From Iphione sp. A-MEVVRFRX5 (lineage: Eukaryota), in contig OZ320317.1 of NCBI GenBank assembly GCA_976226885.1, positions 24,800,001-24,864,000 on the forward strand: a DNA stretch of 64,000 nucleotides. Reading direction: 5' to 3'. Positions 40,596-53,237 of this stretch are shown here, piece after piece (within the stretch, counting starts at the first letter, position 1; each line of letters starts with the position of its first letter). The notes beneath the pieces were generated by a model. The model saw only the letters and a list, made by a program, of their open reading frames with translations. It was not told where the DNA came from and did not search any database. The position numbers and the translations under genes are program-made.

Positions 40596-41200
40596 TTAGG
40601 GTACATAATAGTTGGCACTTATTCTCTTATCCCTACGCATCCTCTTCCAGAGGCATTTCATCTTTAGACTATCATAATATGATTCAATTTGACTAAGATT
40701 CAACGAAATCATCTGAAATTTATATATTACTGACAATTTCACTGCCTCTTTCCTGGGACACATCCATGGTATCTGTCTCTTAACTAGTTGTCTTGTTACA
40801 ACTCTCTCATCTTGTGCAATATTTCTTGGATTTACATTAAGATCATGATAATAATAGCCCAGGCGCAATTTTGTGGAATCACGTATGCCATTAAACTCAT
40901 CAATTATCATGTCTCTAGGGGGACCACGGTATAGAATTATTCTGTAAACTGTCCTTCTAAAGGTTATTAATTTCTTGTACATTTTTGATTTTTTATTAGT
41001 TAAAAGAAAGGATCCATACTCTATTATTGGGAAGATCATCGTTCTAGCCAACATGAGGGCATACTCAGTATTTAGATTCTTGCCAATATAGCGGAAATGT
41101 TTCAATTTCTGGTACCCCTTGCACAGTACATCTTTAATGTGCTCATCCCATTTTAAGCTACTAGTTAGTTTCACACCTAAGTACCTAAGTACCTTTCAAC
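40596..41200 (-). mobile_element. 5'-truncated non-LTR retrotransposon ORF2 remnant (end of RT and post-RT region)
   Basis: RYLGVKLTSSLKWDEHIKDV...MIFPIIEYGS matches the YLG...L.W..HI and P.+EY motifs of CR1/L2-group LINEs. Confidence 0.75.
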
Positions 41201-41521
41201 AAAAAGACTACTCTACTCTCTGATATTTATTTAGAAAAATTAACCTGTGTGAAGGTATACATATGGGATACACAATAAACTTTAACATATGCTAAAACAG
41301 TGCATATAACCCACGTACCTGGAGATAAAGGCCCACCACTTGTTGTGTATGTAGTGTACCAGTACCACCGGGTAACATGTTAGGGGTGAATATAGGGTGA
41401 GACACCACCACCCAGGAGCCATGGAGTAACACCACATGTGCAGTGAAGTAAAGGAGTAGAAAACTAAGTTAAATCTGTCTTATTATTACCCAGCAAGGGA
41501 ATATTACAGTGTATGGGTGCA

Positions 41522-41891
41522 CAGGCCCATAGCCAGGAGTTTTTGTGGGGGGGGTGGTATCTTAAATTAGAGAAGTGGAACTCCTGGTTACAGGGGTGGA
41601 ACTCCTGGTTAGCGAGGTGGAACTCCTGGCAAGCAATCAACATTATTTCCACATTTTCCTCACTTCTGTTCACCAGTTTTATAATTTCAAGTCATTTTCT
41701 TATAAATAAGCTTCTCTTTCTCACAATTCCTAACTTTTTCTCACTTCTGTTAAGTGCTCAGATTGAGGAGGTGGTCTGGTTAGAGAGGTAGTCATAGTCT
41801 GAAGGGACACTATTTTTTCTGGATGGAACTATAAAGAGCCTTCTGGGTGGTATTGGATGATACCCCTGATTCCCCCTTAGCTACGGGCCTG
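41522..41891. mobile_element. Non-autonomous DNA transposon (CAGGCC termini, 5-bp TSD)
   Basis: TIR CAGGCCCATAGCCAGG / CAGGCCCGTAGCTAAG; TSD GTGCA on both sides; internal 21-nt x3 repeat at 41575-41629. Confidence 0.75.
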
Positions 41892-41944
41892 GTGCAGACT
41901 TCCCAGAATCTGCCCCCTGACACAGGTTTTTAACATGGGGATAC

Positions 41945-42480
41945 CGCCTTACTGCGAACTGGAGCTTGCCTTCAGTGGTGCAATCGGAGGGTGTAACTGT
42001 ACTTAGCAGTATCCACTATCCATGTCAAACGTGGAGAAATAATTGGCTCGCTGGATGGTATCAAGGGTACCATCTCTTCATGGTATCCTTCCATCATAAG
42101 TGAGTTGAGTTGGCAGTAATCCACGCAGAACCTCACCCCTCTGTCCTTTTTGATGTTATAACACCACAGATGAAGCCCATGGGGTAGTAGATGGTTTAGT
42201 CATCCCCTTTTCGACCATGGCCTGGAGTTTTTTCCTGCACCACCTTCGGTCTATCCCTTGGGATCCTTCACATGTGGTGCTCGAGAGGGGTACACCCTTG
42301 AGCGTTGATGTAATGGCTCACAATAAATGTGTGACCACGGGGTCTTGACGCCATCTAAAGGATGTCACAGTAGGATTGCAATTAGGATTGCACTACCCTC
42401 TTCCTTCATTATCCACTTCCTGATCGTGTCATTTCTGTTCTTCACTAAACCCTGATGAAGGCTTCACGTTGTTCCTGGAC
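41945..42480 (-). pseudogene. Heavily decayed Ty3/Gypsy reverse transcriptase fragment
   Basis: Across frameshifts: MVEKGMTKPSTTPWASSVVL..., VRFCVDYCQLN, DTIQRANYFSTFDMDSGY, GKLQF; upstream FSEEQK linker-like piece. Confidence 0.7.
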
Positions 42481-43464
42481 ACATCATCCTTGGACTATTC
42501 TAATCCTTGGAGGTGCCCCAGTACTGCTCCACAAAACACTTATTGCGAATCTTGTCCAGGGTTCCAGGGAATGACCTCACTATTCCCTGTGTAGGTATCA
42601 ACCAAGGAGTTTAACATCCATAACCCTGTCTGCCCTTCAAACTTCCAGAGGCTTCAGACTCTGCTTCGCCTTCATCACCAGCCACCAACCTGGCAGGCCC
42701 ACAACTCGGTAGCACCTAAAAAGAGTAGTGAACCTAGCAATCGTCCACAACTTACCAACCGCCAACCTATAGACAGGTACTATGACTTGTTGTATCACAA
42801 TCACCTCTTCCACCACTGCAACTTTCCACACCGGTCAACCAATCTACAGTTGGTATGGACAGTACCTCCTTACTTGAGCCGAAGGAGGGCTTCTGCTTGC
42901 AGACCGGCAACCTGAGCCCGGCGGATGCAGATTTCCAATGACGATGGTCAGTTCTTCATCCACAATGACAGAGTGGGCCTCCAGCTTCTTCTTCTTCTTT
43001 GGTTTTCAACTGTCCGAGGACAGTTGAAGGTGCCCTGTTCTGTAGAACTGGCACCCCCTGGTCTACAGTGAGATATTGTCTAGCAAAATTGTAGTGGGTG
43101 CTTCTGTAGCAAGGTGATCAGTTCCTGCTGGTTCGGGGAGGACTGTGTCTTCAGGCCTCCAGCAGTGCACAGTACTCAACCCTGGGTACAGAAGAGAGCC
43201 AACCCTGGCAGCCAGTGGTAGATGTGCTCAGAGAGAAACATATCTAAGGCCCCAGTGTCCATCAGCCAGTTGGCTGGTAATCCCTGCACCCGTCCCTTTT
43301 AACATCCAGTCCTGGTATGATTCATGATGCTCTGCCTGTATGCATCTCATGTCCATTTCCAATATTAACTGCCAAAGATATTCTGTCCAAGGGACCTGGC
43401 TAACTTACAGATTCAGGATCCATGGTGGAAAAATGTCACACAATGGCAGGAAGAGGCTCCCACA

Positions 43465-43575
43465 AACCTCTCCATGAGGAGGAACATAGTTATAAAACCA
43501 GCAGATAAAAGGGGCTGCATTGTCATCTTGGACAGGGTGGACTATGAACAGGAATGGGTGCAACAACTCAGGTTA
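43465..43575 (+). pseudogene. Penelope-like element RT N-terminal remnant
   Basis: NLS...NIVIKPADKRGCIVILDRVDYEQEWVQQL resembles the PLE motif I.IKPADKG..VV+D..DY. Confidence 0.7.
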
Positions 43576-44663
43576 ACTCTGTAGCAGGCCTTTTTCAGAC
43601 ATTCCCGTTTCTAAAGTAGTTATAAATCCCTTGAAGACATGCCCAAAAGACGTCCCCTCCGACAGACAGATAATTGTGAACTTTTCCTACTCAGAGGTTA
43701 ACTCATAAGTTTCAGATCAAGCCTTCTATGGTATCCAAATTAATTTAAAGCTCCTTACCACTTATACCTCAGCCCCAGAAAACAGGTTTCTGTTCTTATG
43801 TGTTATCTCCATGTGCGCAAACTATATCTGAACCCGCCACTGGTGGCTGGGAGAGTGGGGAAATCAGACAAGGCAATTAAGATAGACTTATCCCCATGTG
43901 CATGGATGGTACGGACCTACCACTGGATGCATGCAGACCAATCAGTATTGGTCCGGTCCATCCGGACCCTGCCACCTCATGTGTGCTGGAAAAAGACATT
44001 TAACATATGTAAAACATTAATTAAAATGCTTGCTTTAAGTGTGTCATCCACGGATTTGAATGTTAAAGGCCTGTAAACCTCATATCAATGAAAACAGAGA
44101 CAGTACTTAGGGAGTCAATGACTCGTATCCCACACCACACATTCGTGTATTCTATAGACAGCTCCATGATTTCCAAATCAATGTATACATGTGTAGTCGG
44201 TTAAATTATTCATAGAGCAAATGTTTACTCCGTTTCAAGTCCCATTTGCACTGGATTTTAACGGATGTGTCAACATCGAGGTTTATCATTGTGATTCAAT
44301 GCAAATCAAAGGCATAAATCAATGTACAGATACACAAAGCAAAGGTTGCAGTAACCAGGGTGATGTATGTCGGATAATAGACAGGAGGAAGACCTCCGCA
44401 CCCTTTGTTCTCTTAACGGACCAGAGGATAGATGAGGAAACAGGGAGTTTATCGTGACGGAGACAGACAGCGAAGGAAAGCAACGTTGTACATTCAAAAC
44501 AAATTTGGTGCCTATGCTACTATAGTGGTGCTTCTGAATCTACACTTATGAAAAGATTTTATTTCTTGCTGAACCCACAGTCACTGGAGGAATATAAAAG
44601 GTGAACATTTCGTGACGAATCACACAGGAGGAATACACCCCAGACACATTCGCACTCAAAATA

Positions 44664-46514
44664 ATGCTTTGCCATGGAGGGAAAAAAAAGATTTTTATTG
44701 ACGCTGATGAGAGAAGCCCCCCTGACGTTCTGCCCGTATGGATCGAGTCGATTTGCTCAGATGAACGAGCCAAGGCCGAGCAGCTCCTGGAAGCAAGTGA
44801 CTCCAAAACCAGACAGTTCCTTCTCCATGGGACCTTCCCCAAATGGAAGCCTGTGGAGTGTGAACATAAGAAGGCTTGTAGGTGCTATCCACCCTACCTA
44901 GATTGGGTTGGCAGATGTTCCCTGAACATTGCGGTCTACATGCCCTCTCCAGGGATCCTCCATCTCCTTCTGGCCCAAGGGGTGGACTTTCAGGCCCAGG
45001 GGGAGCCCCCTGGAGGCCTCCTCCATCGACTTGTACAGTCTGCCTACCACCGCCGGAGTAAGATGGACAAATACATCTCTGTCTACCTCTGGTTCTGTCA
45101 AAATCTGGACAGACATGCCATGGCAGCCTTACTCAGTGTTGAATCAAGCGATGGCTTGAGACCACTAGAGAAGGCCGTACAGTTGGGGCTGTATGATATC
45201 TTTTACCTTATCCTTGACACACCTGGTGTTTACCTGGCCGAACAAGAGAGGAAATTCGGAATGGCCTATAAACGGTACGATATCAGTGACTACTTGCTTC
45301 CCAATGGCAAACGCAGGAATGCCTCTCCTCTGAACAGTATGGTCCTGCTTGATGGCGCCTGCATGGCCAGACAGGACACACAGTACTTTCTCCAATCACT
45401 CCCCATTCAAACGTGGTTCACATGCAAGTACAGAGCCTTGAGGCACATCCTGGCCATATCAGTAGCTAATCACCTCCTGAGGATCGCCGTGTTCTTCGCC
45501 TTGGAACAAGAAAAGCTGATGAAAAAACTGCAGAGCTGCAGCCAGGTCAACAACATGTCCCTGTTACAGGGTGATATCTCACGAAACACAACTGAAATTC
45601 ACCATGACTGTCAAGTCGATGTCTCTGTTGTACCTATCGCACTTGCCAGTGTATATATCTTCATAAACTTAGTGCTATCCCTCCTAACGTTGGTATCAAC
45701 AAGAAAGATGTTCAGCTCTTACAGGGGAGTCAGAAACAAGATTCCTGTAGTGGAGCCCCTTTTCTTTTACGCGATTGACGTGTGTATGGACACAGTCATT
45801 TTAGCGAAGACGCTTGTAATTTTACTATTGCTGGTCGTTGCAGATACCTTCCACCCTCTCCTACTGCAGCTCCTATATATTCTAGATCTTGCAGTTCTTC
45901 CATGTATTTTCAATAGTCTTCGTTTCCTTCTCATCACCGACATCGGTCACCTTGTTGTTATATTGCAGAACATGATTAGGGACTTCCTCCAAGTCTCAAT
46001 CATACTTCTAACTTTTCAGTCCATCTTTGCCGTGGCCTTCTACAATCAGGCCACCGTATACAACGTTGAGGCATACGGAGCAGACGGTCACACTAGCTTC
46101 CAGACTTGGGACCAGAGCTTTTACAACATGCATGAGCTGATGCTCAACACCATCAAGATCAGTGATATTCCCATTCTCAACCCTGCTTACCTGTTTTCAC
46201 TCCACGTGATTTACACCTTTCTTGTGCCGATTTTGCTGATCAACCTCCTCATCGCAGTCTTTTCGGACTCTGTCTCAAAAATATCCCAATACAAAAACCT
46301 CGTCCTGATGTTCCAGCGCTACGTCATCGTCAGTGAGGTGGAGAAGTGGTTGTGCTGTATTGCTCCAAAGTGGTATTTAACATTATTGGGCGAGACGTTC
46401 ACCCTGAAAGATGGCAGACTGTACCTAGTGATCCTCTCAGTGGATGAACACCTATGGTCTCCGGAGAGGTCAATACCAAAGTTGGACCCTTCACTGCTGT
46501 CTGTTAGTCAGTGA
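44664..46514 (+). CDS. Single-exon TRPV-like (TRPVL-type) cation channel, 616 aa
   Basis: Ankyrin-like repeats (LLHRLV, DGLRPLEKAVQLGLYDIF), pre-S1 KRYDISDY, six hydrophobic segments, S4-S5 linker DIGHLVVILQNMIRDF, pore helix SFYNMHELML, S6 ILLINLLIAVFSDS and a TRP-helix equivalent; uninterrupted ORF. Confidence 0.85.
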   Translation: MLCHGGKKKIFIDADERSPPDVLPVWIESICSDERAKAEQLLEASDSKTRQFLLHGTFPKWKPVECEHKKACRCYPPYLDWVGRCSLNIAVYMPSPGILHLLLAQGVDFQAQGEPPGGLLHRLVQSAYHRRSKMDKYISVYLWFCQNLDRHAMAALLSVESSDGLRPLEKAVQLGLYDIFYLILDTPGVYLAEQERKFGMAYKRYDISDYLLPNGKRRNASPLNSMVLLDGACMARQDTQYFLQSLPIQTWFTCKYRALRHILAISVANHLLRIAVFFALEQEKLMKKLQSCSQVNNMSLLQGDISRNTTEIHHDCQVDVSVVPIALASVYIFINLVLSLLTLVSTRKMFSSYRGVRNKIPVVEPLFFYAIDVCMDTVILAKTLVILLLLVVADTFHPLLLQLLYILDLAVLPCIFNSLRFLLITDIGHLVVILQNMIRDFLQVSIILLTFQSIFAVAFYNQATVYNVEAYGADGHTSFQTWDQSFYNMHELMLNTIKISDIPILNPAYLFSLHVIYTFLVPILLINLLIAVFSDSVSKISQYKNLVLMFQRYVIVSEVEKWLCCIAPKWYLTLLGETFTLKDGRLYLVILSVDEHLWSPERSIPKLDPSLLSVSQ

Positions 46515-47068
46515 TGGCATTTTAGCAATATAATCTAGCCCCCTTTGAATGGGGTTAGTGGGGGTGGTCGATTTTAGGAACTATTTAGCACAGGTGCACC
46601 TCTGGCAAGCAAGCATGTGTATTCAGTTCAACTTCATTGTGGGATCATGGATTCATCCTGTTTTTTCATGGTTTTGGACTTGATATCTATTTTAAAATCC
46701 TTTGTCTCCATAGAAGTACACATATCTCTTGGTTGTTCCGCTTTCTTTTCAGTAATATTCTCAGAAATGAGTCGATTTAAAGCGGCCTCATGCAGCACTT
46801 GTCTACGGGGTAAAATGAGATTGGAGGAGTCGTTGAAACAGCTATAACTGTAACTAAAATTTACTATTCAAATGTTTCTTTTACTATGAAAACGGTTGCA
46901 CGCTTGGCTTGCTTGATGTTACCATTGCTACAGCATGACCGCACTGTGTATCATCTTGTCAGCAGATTGAAAGAACACTACTCTTCCATATTTTCTTGTG
47001 AGGTATTATTAAATATTGTAGTTGTGTTTAATTACAGTGAATGTCAAATACAGCAAAATGGAAATATA

Positions 47069-48500
47069 TTTCAATTCAATTCAATTCAATTCAAAGGTTT
47101 ATTCAAATATCTCCGTTGCGTGGTACAGAGCTTTCCAAGTTAAGGGCCAACTGGCCAACATTGCCTTAAAAGTAGACGAGTGTAGGGAAGACAGAAGAGT
47201 GCATATATAGTTCTTTGGAGTCAATCAAGAAGGTTTGTTCAGTATGTAAGCAAAGAGATTATCTTACATGGGTACAGAAATATACAGTTCAGATCCTCTA
47301 TGCTGATACATGTGAGCGACAGTCCGTAGTACAAGGGACGGCAGTTTATAACTGAGTAAATTTAACAGTATCACAGCTCATGCTTCAAGGCCTTGGGCTA
47401 ATGTACAGTTTGGCCAAAAGACACATAGGTTAATTATAAGAGGTATATGAGCACAGGCTGAATGTCGGTTCATGGCCAGAAGTTAACCATCCGTCACTAG
47501 GTACCCGTGTAGTTATATAGGGAGATGACTAACATGTCGTATATATACAGGAATAGGCAATCTAGTGCCCGCTATGTCATATTACGTTATGTCAAGTAGC
47601 ATATTCACCTTTTGTCCCCTTTGGGCCACGCGATCACCCTAGTGTCTTTGAGTACATACCATGTGATTTTGTTGTGGTGATCAACAGTTTCGTATACGGC
47701 AAATGATTTGGCAGACGCTGAATATCAGGGTTCCCACATCAGCGTAGACAGGACATTAAAAGAGTCGGCGTTCCGTCAAAATTGTCACTGTCATCCCTTA
47801 TGAATATTGGATCACTGTCTGTTTGGCATCTGAGATGTGGTTCACTTTGTTGCATGAGCAGCACTGTAGGTTTTGAACTATCCTATTACCTGTCGGTGTC
47901 CTGTGGTTTCGACAAGTAGTCACCTGTCCAAGTTCGTCTGTATGTCAGTGTCACAGTTGACTCCCGCGGCCATGTCAAGTCCTTCTGTCTCGTCTGTTTA
48001 TCTGCTCGTAATGGCCAGGGCGTTTATATGTGGTCCGTGACATTATGTCGTGCCCCAGCGAGCCCATTGGCCGGATACCCCTGAATTAGCACAAAGCATT
48101 CCTCACAAGTTTTCTCCTTCTACTCTCACGGGGGTTGGTTGGCCGTGTTGATATGTCGATACAACTCCTTGCTCGTTTCAATATGGTACTTGTTGTGCAG
48201 GTCTGTCCCATTGTTTTGTACCTTCCTGTAATGCATCTCGGCTAAGCCACTGTCCGCGTTTTGCGGCATTCTGATTCTTATGTTATTGCCGCACACGCCC
48301 CGTCAGTGATAGCTAGTGTCCTACCCGTCAACTTTGGTAGTTTCTTCACGTTCTCCGGTAGCTCGTTCCACATCCTCACTCCTGCGTACCTGAGTGATCT
48401 CATGAAACTTGCGCTCTTGGGTTTGTCCACTTTGCCTCTTGTCTCTCTACCCCTGCGTGATAGTAAATCCAGTCCTTACCAGCCCTCTCTATGTATGTGC
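47069..48500 (-). mobile_element. 3' end of a non-LTR retrotransposon with (TTGAA)n tail
   Basis: RSLRYAGVRMWNELPENVK (about 48340-48410) is a typical LINE ORF2 C-terminal motif; AATAAA followed by (TTGAA)n on minus at 47069-47103. Linking the two ends into one copy is inferred. Confidence 0.6.
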
Positions 48501-51500
48501 TACACTGATAACTCTTAACTGTGTGAGGTGGGGCAGAGTGCGTTCCCTTACTAGGGCCATATGTTTATTACACTACCTATATAAAACGTTGCCCGAAAGC
48601 AGTCCGGCCATGGTGACTGACATTATGTGGCCCTGTGGTTTTACAAGATTTAGTATCAATACACCTGTGTCCACTCAAGCAGAATGGAAGGCTGTAAAAT
48701 ACTATCCCTCCACCTGATAAGGCAGGCGCCATAGGCGCTTGTTTTTCTAAAGATACTTCAAACTAGAAAATCGTTTAGGAACGGCACACCGGTTTTAAGG
48801 CCCAAACCTACATTAGAGACAGCCATTGGCCTTGCGTCAATAAGTTTATGATACCTCCACCTACGTTGAGGGGTTATTTACATGTATCCATATGAAAAAT
48901 CCATTTATGTGTCTGGAGCTGTAGCTACCTCTGGTGGATTCTGTATATTGATGACTTGCATCTGTTCACCAGATGTTTCTACATCATTGTGCCTATGAAA
49001 TACAGATCAGTAGCCATAGAAAAACCATCCCCGACAGAGTTGTCACCTACATCTATGGATCTGTAGACATAAGAAAATACTGTAATTTGCTTATTTATAT
49101 CTCCTTTTGGTTACTCCTTTGAATAAAGTTATATCCCAAAGTGTTGTATGTGTGTTGTTATTCCCACTTGGTAAATCCTCCTAAGGTATTTAATTCCCTG
49201 ACTTAGTAATCCGCATTTGATAATCCAATACATTTCAACAATAGGCTAACCCTAAGGTAAGTGGGTATGTGTCCCTAGCATTTCCTGAAGAGACAAGTGC
49301 CACAACGTAATTCAAGTGCGGACTGAGGTTATTTGCCACACATTGCCCTTATTTATAGGAGTGCAACACAGTATCTTTTTTTGGAATGATATTGCTACAC
49401 TTGTCCTATTTATAGACTATAAATAGCATGCTCAGGGTTCACCAAGTACACCACAGTACATAATCCTTGGGAGTAAAACCAGTCTTCCAACCCCAGAGGC
49501 ACACTCCTATACTAAATGGCTGGTGGCACCCCTAACAATTCCTAATTACCGGCTATAAATAGCATGCTTGTCCTACATACAGGCTATAAATAGTACACTC
49601 AAGGCTCACCTAGTACATAGCAGTGCCTAAACCTTGGTGGTGCCACCACTCCTACTGCTCTGCGAGTACATTCCTACTCTAGTTAGTTAGTGGCACTGCC
49701 AGCACCCAGCACACTGGGATCCAGCAAGTACAGTGTAGCGCAGGAACCTTGGCGGTGTCGCCATTACACCACCAATGTCTCCCACAATATAGATACAGCC
49801 AGATGTGAATCGTCTACATATAGGATGGGTATTTTTCTGTGTCTACAGATCAGCAAAATACAGATACATGTGAACCCCACCTTAGACAGCTGGGGTTTGC
49901 ATCAAAAGGTTCATGATATCTGCCATCTGAATAGCCCTAACTGTCATCAAGGTGAATACATTTTTAGGGTTGACATCTGTTATTATGACAGAAGAAGGCA
50001 AAACCGCTGAAACGTTAATTGGGAATTCTTGTATTAAAGCCAACAAATACATACACATTTTTGTCTTTGTCATTTATTCTTTTTCTTTCAGATTTCACTT
50101 GAAGAACTCGATAAACTATGTTCTGTGGGAATCAGAATACGTTTCTTGAATCGAAATTGATATTTAAGTGCAACTAGTACAGGGATTAAATGTGACCAGG
50201 GGTATCCAATAGATTAAATTCAAAATGTAAAATAAGTATATTAAAGGAATAAACTGAAGAAAATGGTAATCTAGTCATGAAAAACTCTCTTTGCTAATCT
50301 TTCATGTAGAATCTGTTGCAAAACTTAGTTTAGGTAAATTCTTATTCATTATAAAGTTATTTTGAGTCACGTTAGCAGATATGTAAATGAGCTTATTTAC
50401 ATAAATACATACATTAGGTTACCAAATTTAAGGACTATTCTCAATGCCTATATTAGGTAAAAATATGAAAAATGTCCTATCAAGAACTGAAGCCCTTTCT
50501 AAAATATCTTTTCTAGAGCTGATTCTGTGTAAGAATGAGGATTTAGGATTAATTTACATATTTTACATCATCTAGATGTTCACACTATAGAAAGTCAAGG
50601 AATGCATTAAGCATTGAATTACATCTTTTTGAGAGCTTTGCTATTTTAACTTTAAATTGAGATATCTTAGGACCCAGAAAGAGTATTCACACAATCTTTG
50701 CACCAAATGATGCCCAATTTAAATGTTCTTTAGTTTCCATAGGTTTGCACTGGAATACCCTTTTTTCCTGGGAGGTCACAAATACTAAGCATAATGGTTT
50801 AACAAACACATATACATTTATATTTATATACATATATAATCACATCTTATATGTGAAGCACTTTTGGAGATGAAGTTTCTTTTCAAGATGTCTCACTGTA
50901 TGTGGTGTTCAGAATATTGATCTGAGGAAAATCTTTTATTAGTTTCCTAGGTCACTGCTGATCGGCTGTGCTTGGTGGTCAAAAGTTATGGTAACTAGGG
51001 TATCCTTTATATGAAATAGAATATTCGAATCTTGTGGTTGATGTGATACTGTGGTATTTGATAATTTATATGTAAAAAAATATTACTTATAGATTCGCCC
51101 AACTGAACCGGGTGGGCACAGAGTAATTAATTTCGTTATTGTTTGCCATATGGAGTTGTGTCGTTTTTTTCAATAAAGGCAATGTTCCTTATCCTATCAT
51201 AGTTTGTCATGGCAGGTTTCAGGCAATTTTGAGATGGCAAACTACACGTCCAGAACTGAAGACATTTTACATGAGACATTCCTCCAACAATACACAGATG
51301 GGTTCGCATACGAAAATATTTTGGGGGGCTATGGTATTTGACCTACCTGTGAACCCAGTAACTTCATTTTCTTTGAAGACGAATCTCCCCAAAACAGTGG
51401 AGTTCTCTTACCTAAATTGTGAATTTCACAGTTGTGATGGTGTGTATTTTGGGGAAATATGTATCATACTAGGGCTGTTTCCATGTGCATGTAGCATGTT

Positions 51501-52670
51501 TTCATATTTTGTGCTGCCATGTGCTTGGATTAGAGAGGATCCCATTTTTCATGGCCATGCATTCATGTTTTGCACAGCACTATAGGAAAAGCCAGAATGA
51601 AAGGGCCTTGTTAGTTATATTTCACGTAGAAAAAGAAGATATTTCAATATATTTTCTCACTTTTCCTCAAACTTATTCAGCAGTCTTGCAATTTTTCTGC
51701 CAAATTTAGATAGATTTTACCATTTTTCAGTAACGATTCATGAGTTTTGTCATTTTTCAGCCAAATTGAGATCAATTTTGCATTTTGTCTGGAATTTACT
51801 ATTGTTTTCCATTATTTTAGTTGCATTTTATATTTTTTAAAACTAAATTTGCATGGATTTGTTGTTTTTCTGCTGAACTGACCCAAAACATATGCAATGA
51901 AAACATGTTTAAGGACGTTCAGCCTTGGGAACTCTTGAGAGCAAGAACATTTTTAGGTAGGGTAAGGTTTTACTAGGTAGGGGTGGGTAACCAGAACCAA
52001 ACTTATCTTTTTACGGCTTTAGCCCTTCCATGCTTGGACCTACCTGAAAATCTTAATTATACCTGACTTACACATTCTCCAGAACAACCTGCCTGATGTT
52101 ATCATCGCAACTGTCAGACCTGCTTGAAAGCCTGAATTATTCCAAAGCTACACTTTCTCTATAGTAAGCTCTCTCTTTGATCAGATGTTTGTTTGTTTCA
52201 CCTTTTATGTTCTTTGCTATCCTTGTGGATTCGAAACCTCTGTACAGAAATAAAAGTGCAAATTAACAAAATCCAACTGCTAGGCCTCGCTGAGGGATTA
52301 AATTCAGGTTGCACCATGTAGGAAGGAGCTATACCAGTACAACATATGTTTTAGTGGATTTCTATGACTCTGTCTCAAAACAATATTAGAATTCACATTT
52401 ATTGGTCTGCTAGTGCAATGGTACGTATGATAATCCACAGATATTTGGAGCGAATCAGCAATAGAGGGGGCCTCAGTCACTTATATCCGCATAACACTCG
52501 TTCTTAAAAGCCTTAAATTGAAAGCTTGAATGAAATCTGCGTTGCATTCGCTCTCCAGATAATTTCCTTCTCCCCCCCAGTTCACACATACAGCCGCTAG
52601 CCTGATTTGTGCTCTTCTCTCATTTTTGTGACCCTGAGTATTTACTATTAATACTATCAGACGATTTTGT

Positions 52671-52780
52671 CCATCTCTATTTGAACGTTTGTATCTTTGA
52701 TTACGGTATCATGTAAACACTTTGCCCATCTCTATTTGAACGTTTGTATGTTTGATCACGGTATCATGTAAACACTTGTA
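52671..52780. repeat. 55-bp tandem duplication (2 near-identical copies)
   Basis: ccatctctatttgaacgtttgtat...ggtatcatgtaaacactt at 52671 and 52726. Confidence 0.8.
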
Positions 52781-52946
52781 ATGTTTTGTTTATATTTACA
52801 TGTGCAAAATAGCGATCCATCTCCATTCCTTCATTTCAATATTTTAAGGTATCACCTCAAACAAGTACGAAAAAATCAGTACGGAAAATATTTGTGCTGC
52901 CAATATTAGAATAGTGATCTGTCATGCAGAGCCGCACAGTCCATTA

Positions 52947-53237
52947 GGCGTATGAAAAAAAAACATCTGTGTTTCTGGTAACCAGACCGAGCCTTATATG
53001 TGGCTAATTGCAACTTTTTATTTTTTCTTGTTTTCTGAATATCTTAAGACCGAATAATGATAGAAACCTATACTATACATCGGTGTGTTCATTGCGTCAC
53101 TAGCTTCATTTGGTACAGTTTTGATTGAGATCTGAGCAGCAACGATGATATTACCATATACATCTGTTGCCACCTATCTACTGATCTTTGGTTTTTCCAG
53201 CTAGTTACCGGAAACACAGATCCTTTTTTTAAATGTC
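52947..53237. mobile_element. MITE-like element with imperfect TIRs and TTA flanks
   Basis: aaaaaaaa.atctgtgtttc(t/c)ggtaac present in inverted orientation near both ends; TTA on both sides. Confidence 0.5.

Noticed and set aside
41575-41629. Three 21-nt direct repeats, superficially CRISPR-like
   Set aside because: No unique spacers, inside a MITE, eukaryotic context, no cas genes.
44674-45395. Short ORFs overlapping the TRPV-like gene
   Set aside because: Alternate-frame and antisense shadows of a GC-richer coding region.
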